DNA from: Candidatus Hydrogenedentota bacterium
GTDB taxonomy: Bacteria; Hydrogenedentota; Hydrogenedentia; Hydrogenedentales; SLHB01
NCBI GenBank assembly: GCA_963674865.2
Contig: CAXXYE010000002.1
Coordinates: 160,001-224,000, forward strand
DNA: 64,000 nt
Direction of reading: 5' to 3'
Shown: one piece after another, positions 46,326 to 57,061 of the stretch
Layout of the letters: each line of letters begins with the position of its first letter
Numbering within the stretch: position 1 is the stretch's first letter
Made by a program: the position numbers and the translations under genes
The notes under the pieces: model-generated
Told to the model about the DNA's origin: nothing
What the model saw: the letters and a program-made list of their open reading frames with translations, nothing else
Database searches by the model: none

Positions 46326-48290
46326 TCATCGCTTGAAGTAGGCGTAGGCGGCCGGTTTCTGCTTTCCGTCGGTGGTCATCGTGGTTGTGATATCGCTTGT
46401 TGAGCGCTCCCAGTAGTAGAAGACGCCAGTTTCCGTGCCTACCAGGAGATCGAGAACACCGTCGCGGTTCCAGTCGGCGACAACGGGGCCGTCGGTGTGG
46501 CCCATGAGTGTCTTGGAGATGACGCGGCCCATGTATTGAAGGACGAGTTTGCCGTCGTTCATTCCGATGTTCTTCATCCAGTCGACGGCGGGCTTGGACG
46601 AGAATATCAGGTCTCTTTTTCCATCGCCGTCCCAATCGGCGAAGGTGATCTTGAGCCGGCCGCTGCTTGGGCCCGTTCGTTGGTTCAGGAGAATGGGCTC
46701 TCCGGAAGGGAATATGAAGTCTCTTTGGGGCGGGGCAAGGCGTAGCTCGCCGTTTTCATCACGATAGCGCGGATACACGGCGAGGTAGTCTTCATGATCG
46801 AGCATTACCAAGTCGTTCAGGCCGTCCTTGTTGAAGTCCATGATGTAGGGCGAGGTGCGCCATGGTGCCAGCAGCTCGTTTCCATGGGATTCTCCCGGCA
46901 CCCAGTCAGGCTTCCGCGGCTCGCCGGCCCATTCGACCTCTATGGGCTTCGCCGGCGCAAGCTTGGGGGCCGTGCGCGTGCCGACGTTTTCGTACCACAG
47001 CACATTGCCGTGGTGGTGGTTGACGAGTATGTCGGGGAGCCCGTTTTGGTTCCAGTCGCCTACGTCTATGGTGGTGTATCCCCACCGGGCGCCGGGGGGC
47101 AGGATTCTAATCGGCCGGCCATCGGCCTCCAGCAGTTGGGGCGCTGCCCAGGTGGGCTCTTTGCCTCCCAAGTTCTTGATGAAGCCGATGTGGCCGACGC
47201 CGTTTCCGCTGATGATGTCATCGAGGCCGTCCCCGTCCCAATCGAACACGCGCGGGGCGGTGAGTGCGCCAAAATCCACGAATCGTGCTTCTTGTTGGAA
47301 GAAACGGGGAGGAAGGAACTCCGGCACGGCGTCGGTTATCCGCCCGGTGTTTCTGAGTAGTGAGACTTTGCCGTCTTCATCGCCCGCGAGTATGTCGACG
47401 AAGCCGTCTTTGTCCCAGTCGATGGCGGTGGGATGAATGGCGGCGCGGCATTCCATCTGGATGGGCGTTCCGTCATGCTGCATTACCTGCCCATCGGCGA
47501 AGGCGTAGCGGCTTGTTGTTCCGGTGTTCTCAAAGTAGACGAAGCCGAAATCCTTCATTCCGATATAGTCAACGTCTCCATCATTATCGAAATCAGCGAA
47601 CAGCACGCTGACGGTTGCTTCTTCAGCGATCGACCTTCCCGTCTCCGTCTTCAGGACTGTCGGCTCGCCGTATTGCACCTCCTCATCCGTGGCGGTGTTT
47701 TTCAGGAAGAGGAGTTCATCGGCGGCCGCCACGAGGTCCGTTGCGCCGTCGCCATCGAGGTCGATCATCTTCCATTGGGAGTATCTGCTGTCGCGAAGAT
47801 AGTCGTGGCCGCCCGGCGGCAGCTCAATATTGCTTCGAATCCAGAAGACGTTTTGTGGGACGTCCCGATATAGCCGAAGTCTGTCATTCGCCCTGTCCGG
47901 CATCAGGATGTGAACATGGCCCTTGACGTTGGATACTTCGAAGCGGTCCCAGGCCAATGGGAAGCGAGGAGAAGAGATTTGCATTGAATGCCGAAAGATG
48001 GGCATCTCAACATTGCCGCTGATGTTCTCAAAATAGAACACGCCGCATTCGGCGTAACTCCCGGATTCAGACACCAGTATGTCGCAGTCGCCGTCGCCAT
48101 CGAAATCCATCGGCAGCGGCACGGACTTGAAGCCGACGTCCAGATCAACAGTTGCACCAAGGTTGTTGTACTCGAGCTTCCGAATCTCCTTCTGTGGAGC
48201 CGGCGTCGGTTCACCGAAGCCTTGTTGCGGATTGGACAGGAAGATAAGCACAAGAAGCGATGCAGCAATGCCGGATAGATGTTCCTTCAT
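46326..48290 (-). CDS. Exported FG-GAP/VCBS repeat protein
   Basis: Signal peptide and repeated DxDGDGxxD motifs. Confidence 0.85.
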   Translation of the reverse strand: MKEHLSGIAASLLVLIFLSNPQQGFGEPTPAPQKEIRKLEYNNLGATVDLDVGFKSVPLPMDFDGDGDCDILVSESGSYAECGVFYFENISGNVEMPIFRHSMQISSPRFPLAWDRFEVSNVKGHVHILMPDRANDRLRLYRDVPQNVFWIRSNIELPPGGHDYLRDSRYSQWKMIDLDGDGATDLVAAADELLFLKNTATDEEVQYGEPTVLKTETGRSIAEEATVSVLFADFDNDGDVDYIGMKDFGFVYFENTGTTSRYAFADGQVMQHDGTPIQMECRAAIHPTAIDWDKDGFVDILAGDEDGKVSLLRNTGRITDAVPEFLPPRFFQQEARFVDFGALTAPRVFDWDGDGLDDIISGNGVGHIGFIKNLGGKEPTWAAPQLLEADGRPIRILPPGARWGYTTIDVGDWNQNGLPDILVNHHHGNVLWYENVGTRTAPKLAPAKPIEVEWAGEPRKPDWVPGESHGNELLAPWRTSPYIMDFNKDGLNDLVMLDHEDYLAVYPRYRDENGELRLAPPQRDFIFPSGEPILLNQRTGPSSGRLKITFADWDGDGKRDLIFSSKPAVDWMKNIGMNDGKLVLQYMGRVISKTLMGHTDGPVVADWNRDGVLDLLVGTETGVFYYWERSTSDITTTMTTDGKQKPAAYAYFKR

Positions 48291-48571
48291 GGAGCACTCC
48301 ATTCTTTGGCCGACGTAATTGTGATTTGAGTTGACGCCTCACAAGAGGAAGGGCCCCATATCTCTCCGGCAGTACAGAGAGAGGAGAAGATGGGTTGTGG
48401 CCCGCCAGCAGAAGCTCATGAGGGCTGGTGTCAGTCTACCGGATGTTAGGAGGCTTCGCAAGGATGATCGCGACAGAACGGCGGCTACTCGTGCATTGAG
48501 GAAGAAACATGCGTCCGCAGATGTTGTGAAAATGTGTCTGGAAACGACGCAGGACAAGATAGGGGACCCCT

Positions 48572-49258
48572 GTGATGAAACGGATTCTATGTAGTCTTGT
48601 CGTGGTTTGCCTGGCCGTCGCCGTGGCTCCGAAGGCGGCTGCGCACCGGTTGGTGCCGGACGACGGTTCGCACACTACATCCGAAACGGCGATCTTCCTG
48701 GACGATGTGGACCTGTCGCAAGTGGTCTATCACGAGGTATCGGCCGAGTCGAACCACCTGTGGCTCTCGTTTGATGGCGTCCCCGGAGAAAACTTGTACT
48801 GGCAGCTCGGCGTGCCCGTCATCGAGGGACTCGAGGACTATCGGCCCACGGTTGTCGTGTTGGGTCCTGGTTTGCCGGAGGTGCAGGTGCCCTTCACCAT
48901 CCCCGAAGGGGTCGGCGGTATTGTGGTGGACACGGAGGGCATGCCGAACGAGTTCTTCGACGAGCGCTTTACCGGCACGGAGGACTGGATAATCCACGCG
49001 GAGGAGGGCACCCTTGAGCAGGCGGGGCGCTACTACATCGTCGCGTATCATCCGGATGGCACGCCGGGGAAGTTCTGGCTGGCGATCGGCCGCCGCGAGG
49101 AGTTTGGTCTGGCGGATATCCTGAGCTACGCCGATGTGCTCGCGTTTGTTCGGGAGTACCACGAGGTTCAGGGCCAGCCGCTTCCTTTCCTGCCAAGGTT
49201 GCTCCTGATGCTGTCGAGGGTCATGCGTCTTGTTTTCAGTCTGTTCATGTTCGCCTAG
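48572..49258 (+). CDS. Hypothetical exported protein
   Basis: Signal peptide ending AAAH; hydrophobic C-terminus. Confidence 0.7.
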   Translation: MMKRILCSLVVVCLAVAVAPKAAAHRLVPDDGSHTTSETAIFLDDVDLSQVVYHEVSAESNHLWLSFDGVPGENLYWQLGVPVIEGLEDYRPTVVVLGPGLPEVQVPFTIPEGVGGIVVDTEGMPNEFFDERFTGTEDWIIHAEEGTLEQAGRYYIVAYHPDGTPGKFWLAIGRREEFGLADILSYADVLAFVREYHEVQGQPLPFLPRLLLMLSRVMRLVFSLFMFA

Positions 49259-49432
49259 CGTTTGACGGCACAGGGGCCAACGGGGCGGGTCTTGGCGGTT
49301 GGGGTCCGGCTCATGATGGGGCGTGTCGGGCAGCCTGATACATGGCCAGGCTCTTTTCATGTGGGGGCAAGCGTATCTGCTAGACTTCCGAAAGAATCTT
49401 CGCTCTGCAATGGCCAGCAAAACCAGTGAGGG

Positions 49433-51832
49433 ATGAAGCCGTTGGCGACAATAAGTGACGCACTCGTGCGCGCTGGGATCAGCGCGGTATTGGTATGCGC
49501 CACGCTTGCCTGTATCTCTCGGGCGGCACCCGCTCAAACAAGGCGCAATCCTCGCATCCCTTCCATCGGGTCAAAGAACTTGCTGCCGAACAGCAGCTTC
49601 GAGTTGGGTGCGGATGGATGGTCTTCGCTGGGGAAACCGACGGCGTGGGGGGGCGATCTCTGTGGCCTCGTAGGAGCGATACAGGCGGGCGATGCATTTG
49701 TCGGCACGCACTGCCTCCGTATCGAACTTGCCCCCGGCAAGACGCCCGTCACCCATTCCGACTACACACTAGCCGCGTCCAAGTCGGTCATACAGGCCGC
49801 GCCGCTCGCGGCCAACCTGGGATGGATAGACGTAAGCGTCGGCCAACTCTACACGCTGTCGGCCTACATGCGGGCGGACAGAGAGGATGTCCCCGCCGAC
49901 CTCGTGTTTCGCTTTGGCGGCGACGTCAACTCGACTTTCGGCAGCGACACGCACACAAAGCGCGTGAGCCTCTCACAGGAGTGGGCTCGATACTCCTTTT
50001 CCATGACGGCGGAGCAGCCGGACGTCTTCGTAGCCGTGGGCCCCAATCTGAGCGATACGCCGGATGCTTCGGCCACGGTTTGGATTGATGCGGTACAACT
50101 TGAAGCGTCGCCCGAGACGGCGGAGGCCTCCCCGGCGCCGACGGAATATGCGCCCCGCGAGCCGGTGGAGGTGGGAATCGACGGTGGGCATTACGGAAAC
50201 CTGTTCGATGTAGGCGAGTCCGTTGGATTCTCTGTGTACGCCTCCAACACGACAGCGTCATCTCACACGGTTGAAGTGCAAGCGCGTCTGGAAGATTACT
50301 TCGGAGAGCTCGGGCCGGCGTCTCTCTGCTGCGTGAAGGTTCCGGGGAAAGGCCGCGCCAGCGCATTCCTGCCGCTTGCTGCGCCCGGCGCGGGTTACTA
50401 CAAGGCCCAGGTGTCATGGAACGCCGCAGGCGCTACTCATATCCGGACAATCAAGATGGCCGTAATCGACACGTATCCATGGAAAGACTCGCCCTTTGGC
50501 CTCAACCATTTCCCCACGACAGCCGCCGCGTGTGAACAACTGAAGAAGGCCGGCGTTACCTGGGCCCGCGACTGGTCAATGAAGTGGGAGTCAATCGAAC
50601 CAAGAGAAAGCACGTACGATTTCACAGAGATTGGTCGGCAAGTGGGACGGATCTTGGACCTCGGCGCGAATCTGTTACCTCTGCTTCCCCCGCAGCCGTC
50701 CTCGACCTGGGCCTCGGAAGCCCCGATGGGCGAACTCACCGCCGTGAAGCGGGCCGCATATGCCCCTGCGCCCGAGCACCGCGCGCAATTGAACGCTTTC
50801 ATCACCGCCACCGTGGAGCGGTATAAGGATCGCCTGGACTACTGGGAATTCCTCAATGAGCCGCTCTGGGTGCCGTGGTACTGCTTGCCGACTAGCGCGG
50901 GATACACCGTGGACACCTACTTGGGCCTCTTGAAAGGGGCGTCTGCTGCAATGAAGGCCGCCGATCCGACGTGTCACGTGATCGGCGGCCTGTCCTGCAT
51001 GGCAACAAGCAAGTTGGGGGAGGAGTTCATTCAGAAGGGCGGGCTGGCCCACGTGGATATCTACAATCTGCATCCGTATCCGGAAGGGGATGCCCCTGAG
51101 TCATTTATCCCTTCGATGCAGCGTATTCTAGCCGTTATGGACACGTACGGCGGCCGCAAACCGATTTGGGCCACCGAATTGAGCTACTGGGCCACCGATG
51201 ACAAGCCGTGGTCGCCGTGGGCGCCTCCAAATCCCGATCACTGGGCGGCCAATCGCCAGCAGTCCAGCGAACGGGAGGCCGCCGATTTCAATATTCGGGA
51301 GGCCGTGATTCTACTGGCGCACGGCGTGGTGAAGATCTTCTGGCACTCGGGACTTGAGGGAGAGCTCAACAACGGATCGCATGACCTCGAGAATCCGCTT
51401 CTCGACCCGGAGGCCATTCCGCAGAAGTTCTTCGCGGCCCAAGCGGCCTTGGCCCGCTTGCTGGGGCCGGCCCCGAGCTTCGCAGCCGCACTCGAGAAGC
51501 CGGAAACGGTATCGGGCCACAGTACGGACGATGTACACGGATACGCGTTCGATACGCCGAGCGGCGCCGCCATGGCTGTTTGGGCGCCGGGCACGCTAAA
51601 CGACGGCAGACGTAGTGACGAGTGGACGGCGCCGCTTGGTGAATCGCCCGTCTACGTCACGACTCGGGCGATGACGGCCCTGGAACTGTCCCGGGCTTGT
51701 ACACTTATCCGCAACGCAGACGCGTGGGCTCTGGAAGTACCTGATTGCATTGTCGTGCAGACGATTGTGGGCACTCCCATGCTCACAGAGGGGCAGAAGC
51801 CTGTTCAAGCGGGATCAGAATCCGATCGATGA
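49433..51832 (+). CDS. Exported clan GH-A glycoside hydrolase with an N-terminal CBM-like domain
   Basis: NLLPNSSFE; WEFLNEP acid/base; HPY; PIWATE nucleophile motif. Confidence 0.75.
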   Translation: MKPLATISDALVRAGISAVLVCATLACISRAAPAQTRRNPRIPSIGSKNLLPNSSFELGADGWSSLGKPTAWGGDLCGLVGAIQAGDAFVGTHCLRIELAPGKTPVTHSDYTLAASKSVIQAAPLAANLGWIDVSVGQLYTLSAYMRADREDVPADLVFRFGGDVNSTFGSDTHTKRVSLSQEWARYSFSMTAEQPDVFVAVGPNLSDTPDASATVWIDAVQLEASPETAEASPAPTEYAPREPVEVGIDGGHYGNLFDVGESVGFSVYASNTTASSHTVEVQARLEDYFGELGPASLCCVKVPGKGRASAFLPLAAPGAGYYKAQVSWNAAGATHIRTIKMAVIDTYPWKDSPFGLNHFPTTAAACEQLKKAGVTWARDWSMKWESIEPRESTYDFTEIGRQVGRILDLGANLLPLLPPQPSSTWASEAPMGELTAVKRAAYAPAPEHRAQLNAFITATVERYKDRLDYWEFLNEPLWVPWYCLPTSAGYTVDTYLGLLKGASAAMKAADPTCHVIGGLSCMATSKLGEEFIQKGGLAHVDIYNLHPYPEGDAPESFIPSMQRILAVMDTYGGRKPIWATELSYWATDDKPWSPWAPPNPDHWAANRQQSSEREAADFNIREAVILLAHGVVKIFWHSGLEGELNNGSHDLENPLLDPEAIPQKFFAAQAALARLLGPAPSFAAALEKPETVSGHSTDDVHGYAFDTPSGAAMAVWAPGTLNDGRRSDEWTAPLGESPVYVTTRAMTALELSRACTLIRNADAWALEVPDCIVVQTIVGTPMLTEGQKPVQAGSESDR

Positions 51833-53327
51833 CTGCATTAGGCTGTCAATGTGCCAGAAGACAAAGGAATACAGCTTTGTGCTTCGGCATTCGAACCGCA
51901 GCCGTACCGGTTTCCCCGCCAGGTCTCCCACATCGGAATCGCCGTCGCGCCACTCCGCGGACACCATCCGGCCGTCGCCGTTGATGTGCCGTGCATCCGC
52001 TAGGCCGTATCCGGGGATTTCGTTGCCCGCCGCGTCAAGGATGGCTACGCGTGCCTCGCCACTGGCCGAGGTGTTGATGTTGAGAGAGAGCCTGTCGCCT
52101 TGGAATGTGAGGGGGGCGGTGATTACCGTCCCGCCCTCGTATTCAAAGTCGAGGGAAATGAAGCCGTCATAGCGCTGCTCCACGCGGAAGATCCCGCCCA
52201 GTTGACGGCCACCCTCGCCATAGCGGGCCTGGGTGTCGCCGTGCGTGAAGGTGTGGCCCACGAAATACTGCGCCAGGCCGTGTTCCTCATGGATGATGCC
52301 GGGGATCATTATTGCGACTCTCACGTTCAAACCATCGTATTGGCCCGTGGCAATGTAAGGTGTGCGGTAGCGCGTCCAGGACCGGCCGTCGCGGCTGGTG
52401 GCCAGTTGGGTGTCGATAGCGCCGTCGTCGGACATCCCGCCGCGCGTCAGTGCGGGAACGTTGAGGTGAGCGCGCTCAGCGGGCTCATTGTAGTGGTAGT
52501 AGGGCGTCGGGAATCCGAGATAGGCCGTCTCGTACTTCTCGCACGCGTTCGTATAGAGGTCCAAACCAGGCGGATCGGCATCGTCGCGGGACATGACCAC
52601 CGGAATCTCGTCCGGCCACGGTTCATCGATCGTGCGCGTGGTGAAGAAGCCGACCGCGCGGGCGCCATTGTGCATCACGCGCGGGTAGTGAAAGTACCGT
52701 TCCCGTTCATTGTCCCAGAAGGTCGAAATCTGGCTGTCGAAATGGGGCGATGGCATCTGGCGCCTTTGCATGGTGAAGTGTACGCCGTCGGGCGAGGCGA
52801 ACAGCTGCGTCCCGAGTATTGGATCGCTTGAGATGTAGGCGTAGCGGTATTCGGGGTCTGCCTTTGGATCATGAATGACGGCGCCCCCCCGCTGTCCCCA
52901 GCTCACCAGGTTGTTGTCTTTCGAGCCCTTCCATTCGACGACACCGAGGGATGGTTTCTCCCAGTGGACCCCGTCCTCGGTTGTGGCGAGCGCCAGGCCG
53001 AAGCCCGGCTCCACGTCCGGGCAGACGCACCCCATAGTACAGCTTGCACTGCCTTGACGTCGGCTGGCGACGCTGGTTGCTGTGATCCCGGAAGACGTTG
53101 CCGTAGCTCGCAATACCGCCCTTCTCCCACGGTTTGTCGGCGACTATCACCAGTTCATCGAAGCGCGGCGGGTTGACGGTTAGTTTCGCTCCTTCGACGG
53201 TGTCCAAGAGCATCTTGTCCAGGAATAGAAACCGACCAGAGAGCGCGAGAGGCTCCTCGGCGCCGGCGGCGAGGACATACGCGATCAGCGCCATCACAGT
53301 GAGAGCGAATCGAGGTTGAGGGTGCAT
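51815..53327 (-). CDS. Exported beta-propeller glycoside hydrolase-like protein (GH32/43-like); frameshift near 53030
   Basis: Two ORFs join at YYG/CVCPD across a C4 run; DGVHWEKP, SPDGVHF, SRDGRSW, GKPVRLRF...KLYSF motifs. Confidence 0.7.
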
Positions 53328-53684
53328 GACTCCGAGATCTCCCATAGGCAAGGCGTACCGCCATCGCAAACTCATTTCCCGTCATTGTAGGCCCGTTTGC
53401 CGGTACCTTCAATGCAACTTCTGCTGTCGAGGCGGCTCTCTTGTGTCGTTTACAGCTTAATCGTGGCGGAGCTCAAGATGACGTCGCCAAGTGGGAAATC
53501 CGGGTCTAGAGTCATCCATCAACAGACGTGTCGTAAAGGCATTTCGAGCGTCGCGGGCGTAGAGTTCCTTGAAACCGCTAGCGTGTACGTCTATGGTAGC
53601 GGAAGGCCTGCCTGCGGCGGTGGCCGGCCGTCCTGTATAAAAACACCTGACCACATTGAGCGACCGCATAAGAAGGATGCAGCC

Positions 53685-55082
53685 ATGAACTCGTGGAGTC
53701 CTGCCGTTCTGCCGCTTTGTCTATCATCGGAGTTAGAGGCGATCTATCGGGATGCCGTCAAGGTCCTGGAAACCATCGGTGTGGAATGCGCGCACGAGGA
53801 GACGGTGCGGCGCCTGCGCGATGAGTTGGGGGCCTCCTGTGCGGATGGGCGGGTGCGCTTCCCCGCGAAGGCCGTCGAAGCGCACGTTGAGGCCAGGCGG
53901 GGGCAGATCGCAGCTTCGAATGTTGATGAGCCGGCGTTCTCGATGGGGCGCTGTTGGGCGTGCCTCAACTACTGCGATCCAGAGACGCTCGATGTTCGGC
54001 CTGGGACGAGCGAGGAAGTCGCGCTGATGGTTCGTTTCTGGGATGCGCGGGATCTCGTGGGTGTTGTTCCGCTGCTCCCGGGAGACGTGCCGCCTGAATT
54101 GGCGACTTTGGCCGCGGAGCGTATTGGGCTGCTCAATTCGCGGGGTCTTGGGGGAACGCTCACGGTCATGGATCCCGAGGAGGTGCGTTTCCTGATCGAC
54201 ATGAACCTTGCGGCGGGGCGGACGTACAAGCTCGAGGAGCAGGTGGGCATGAGTCCGCTTAAGTTCAACGCGAAGGGCCTGGAAACGATCATGAGCTTCA
54301 TGGGGAATCCGGACGTGCGGCTGAAGCTGGGCGGCTCCATCCCGATGGCGGGGGCCAACTGTCCGCTCGATCCGCGCGGCGCGGCCGTTCAGGCTACTGC
54401 CGAACGCCTTGCGCTCGATATCCTGTGCGCCGTGCTCGATATCGAGGGGCCGGGGCCCAAGATCCGCATCGAGCCCTTTGATATGCGGTATTCCACGATT
54501 GTGTTCGGTTCCCCGGAGTGGTGTCTGTACATCGGGATGGCGCTGAGTATGAACGAGTTTCTCATGGGGCGGAAGGATCGAGCCGGCATGTTTCGCAGCA
54601 CGGCCAAAGGCCCCGATCCGCAGGCCGCGTGCGAGCGCATGGCGTCCGTGCTGTTCCAGGCGCTCATGGGCGTGCGCGTGTTCGGGGCGGTCGGGCAACT
54701 GAGCATTGACGAAGTCTTCAGTCCGCAACAGGCGATCATCGACGGCGAGATCCTGGCCTACGCGGCGCGCGTGGTTGAGGGCTTCGATTGGGGCCGCGGC
54801 GACTCGGTTGAGATGATACGCGAGGGCATGGCCGGGGGCGCCTTTATCGATACCGAGGATACCGTGGCACGCTTCCGGGAGTTCTATCATTTCTCCGATC
54901 TCTTCCGGCACTGGAATGTGGGGCGCTGGCGTTCCGAAGGCAGTCCGTCTGTGCTCTCCGAGGCGTGGGCCCGCGCGCAGGAGACGATTCGGCAATCTAC
55001 GTTCGAGTTGGCGCCTGATCAGCGCAAGCAGGTTGAGCGTCTCTACTCAGAAGCGGAAGATTATATCCGGACGCGAGCGTAA
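53685..55082 (+). CDS. Trimethylamine methyltransferase (MttB) superfamily protein, no in-frame amber codon
   Basis: AVKVLETIGV, GRVRFP, SPLKF, PMAGANCP, DPQAACE, VFSPQQAIIDGEI resemble MttB-family motifs. Confidence 0.75.
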   Translation: MNSWSPAVLPLCLSSELEAIYRDAVKVLETIGVECAHEETVRRLRDELGASCADGRVRFPAKAVEAHVEARRGQIAASNVDEPAFSMGRCWACLNYCDPETLDVRPGTSEEVALMVRFWDARDLVGVVPLLPGDVPPELATLAAERIGLLNSRGLGGTLTVMDPEEVRFLIDMNLAAGRTYKLEEQVGMSPLKFNAKGLETIMSFMGNPDVRLKLGGSIPMAGANCPLDPRGAAVQATAERLALDILCAVLDIEGPGPKIRIEPFDMRYSTIVFGSPEWCLYIGMALSMNEFLMGRKDRAGMFRSTAKGPDPQAACERMASVLFQALMGVRVFGAVGQLSIDEVFSPQQAIIDGEILAYAARVVEGFDWGRGDSVEMIREGMAGGAFIDTEDTVARFREFYHFSDLFRHWNVGRWRSEGSPSVLSEAWARAQETIRQSTFELAPDQRKQVERLYSEAEDYIRTRA

Positions 55083-55121
55083 GGCACGATACGGCCGCGT
55101 TCCAAGGACTGCTCGAGGCGG

Positions 55122-56766
55122 TCAGCATTGGCCGCGGCGGGAGACGGCGCTCCGCAGCGGGGGACGGACGCGGTGATGGTAAGGGCTGTCGGTTTCGAGC
55201 TGACAGTGATAGATTTCGATCAGGCGCATCATGGCGGCTTCGGCCGCGGGCGTCTCGAGGCCCTCGCCGATGAAGCGCTCCCGGTCGAGGATGGCCCGCA
55301 GATACAGGATTTCCCAGCGCCAGTTTCGCTTCGCCCATGCGGGCAGGCGGTCGTTTACCTCTTCCGCCAGCCTGTAGGCCCGCTGGACGCCGTCCGCGTC
55401 TACTGGCTGCTTGAGGTAGGATCTGCTTGCCGCAGCCTCTAGGAGGTCGATCATTGCCAAAACGTCTTCAGTAACTCCTGGCCCGAATTCGTATACGATG
55501 TACTCCGCGAGCGTCGCGCGTGCGGATTGGTCGGCGTCCCAGTAGAACTGGGCAATGACGACCTTGTTGGCGTCCTCGTAAATGCCTTCGCTGTAAGGGA
55601 ATCCGCCTTTCACGACGTGCTTGACTTGATCCCATAGGCGCTGAAACCGGGCGGGGAGCGGATTGGCGCCCACCGCCGCCCCAGGGCCAGTTGCCCCACA
55701 TGCTGATCTCGGGGAAATTAAGCAGGGGCAGGTTGCCTGGGACGCCGACGTCCAGGGGATAGCGCGGATAGTCGTTGTGGGAGTCCGCGAGGATATAGTC
55801 CACCCATCCGGGATCGGTGCTAAGGGCCTCCGTGAGTCCTTCCCACTCGCCTTCGGGAGGTGTGTCGAACATCCAGGTGCTCAGGATTGTCTCTAGGTTG
55901 GGGAAGTACTCGCGGCCAAGCCGCGTGAGGTCGCGGGACAGCTTTAGGAAGCCGTTCGTGCCCCACGGTAGGCATTTCTCACAGGCACAGCCGCCTTCGT
56001 CGTAGGGCCAGTACATGAGCATATCCAAACCGACGTCGCGCAGGCGCTCGAAGAATTGCCGCGCCTGCTCCATGATGTAGGCGTGGCCCTCCGGGTTGCT
56101 CGGGCAGACGGGGTTGCCGCTGTTGCCGCGCCGGTGCAAGGGATCGGGGAGCGGCGTGGCGCGAAGGGCCTCCGGCACCCCGCTGAAGAGGGCGTTGTTC
56201 AGCCCCATGCTGAAGAGGAATCCGAGCTCCTTGGCCATCCGGCCGTATCTTTTTGCCATCTCGACGGCCTTGTCGGCTTCGGGGTCATCCCAGTCCCGGA
56301 AATCGATGAAGGGGAAGCAGATCTTTAGGGCGTTCACGCCCCACAAGGCCAAGTCTTCCAAGTAGCGCGCGATCTCGTTATCCGGGGCCTCGTGGTACCA
56401 GTTGTGGAAATGCGATGCGAGGTACATGCCCCGCATGCTGCCCCGCGGCGCTGAGGCGCCTCGCCAGGATGAAGGCGTGAAACCTTCGTCATAGCGGCTG
56501 GTACGAAGGAACTTGCCGATACCGTAGAGCAAACCGCGCGGCGACCCGCCGGCGACCTGAACCGCCGCGCCGGCCTGGTCGATGGAATAGCCTTCTGGGG
56601 GCAAGGTGTCGGCAGTAGCCAAGATGACCTGTGCCTCATTATCGGACTCCACCACCTTCGCCGAGCAGCGCTGCTGGATGCGTTCCTTCAGGATTGTGAA
56701 CGCTCTAGCGGCCAGCGGATCCGGATTTGCCTGTACCTTAACCTTGACCTGATGTGTTTCGCTCAT
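55122..56766 (-). CDS. Glycoside hydrolase-like protein with a GH20/GH67-type N-terminal domain; frameshift near 55673
   Basis: EGYSI...GSPRGLLYG, RGMYLA.HF.N, PYDEGGC; the two ORFs join at WGG/VGANPLP. Confidence 0.7.
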
Positions 56767-57061
56767 GTTCTCACCTTGCAGGATGCGTTTCGCCGGGGGC
56801 GTTGGTGTCTCTGTACCGGATTGTCGAGGTCGTTATGATACAGGCCGGCCCGTTGCCTGTAAACGAGAAGCGTCTGAGGTCCCCCTTTGCGAATGTCCCC
56901 GGAGCGGCGGCGATGAATGACTTGAAATCGGCCCTCGGTGTCCCTGATACTGGGCACAAGGGGGATGACTCGTCCTGTAGTCTCACCTGTCTTACTGCCG
57001 AGTAGGCGCTGTCAGCGGGCGGCGAGTCCAGTGGCCCCAAGAAAAAGAGGAGGGGAGTTTC

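Noticed and set aside
53397..55082. Pyrrolysine readthrough in the MttB-like gene, and the long N-terminal extension
   Set aside because: No in-frame TAG; the region upstream of 53685 looks non-coding and an RBS-like AAGGA precedes 53685
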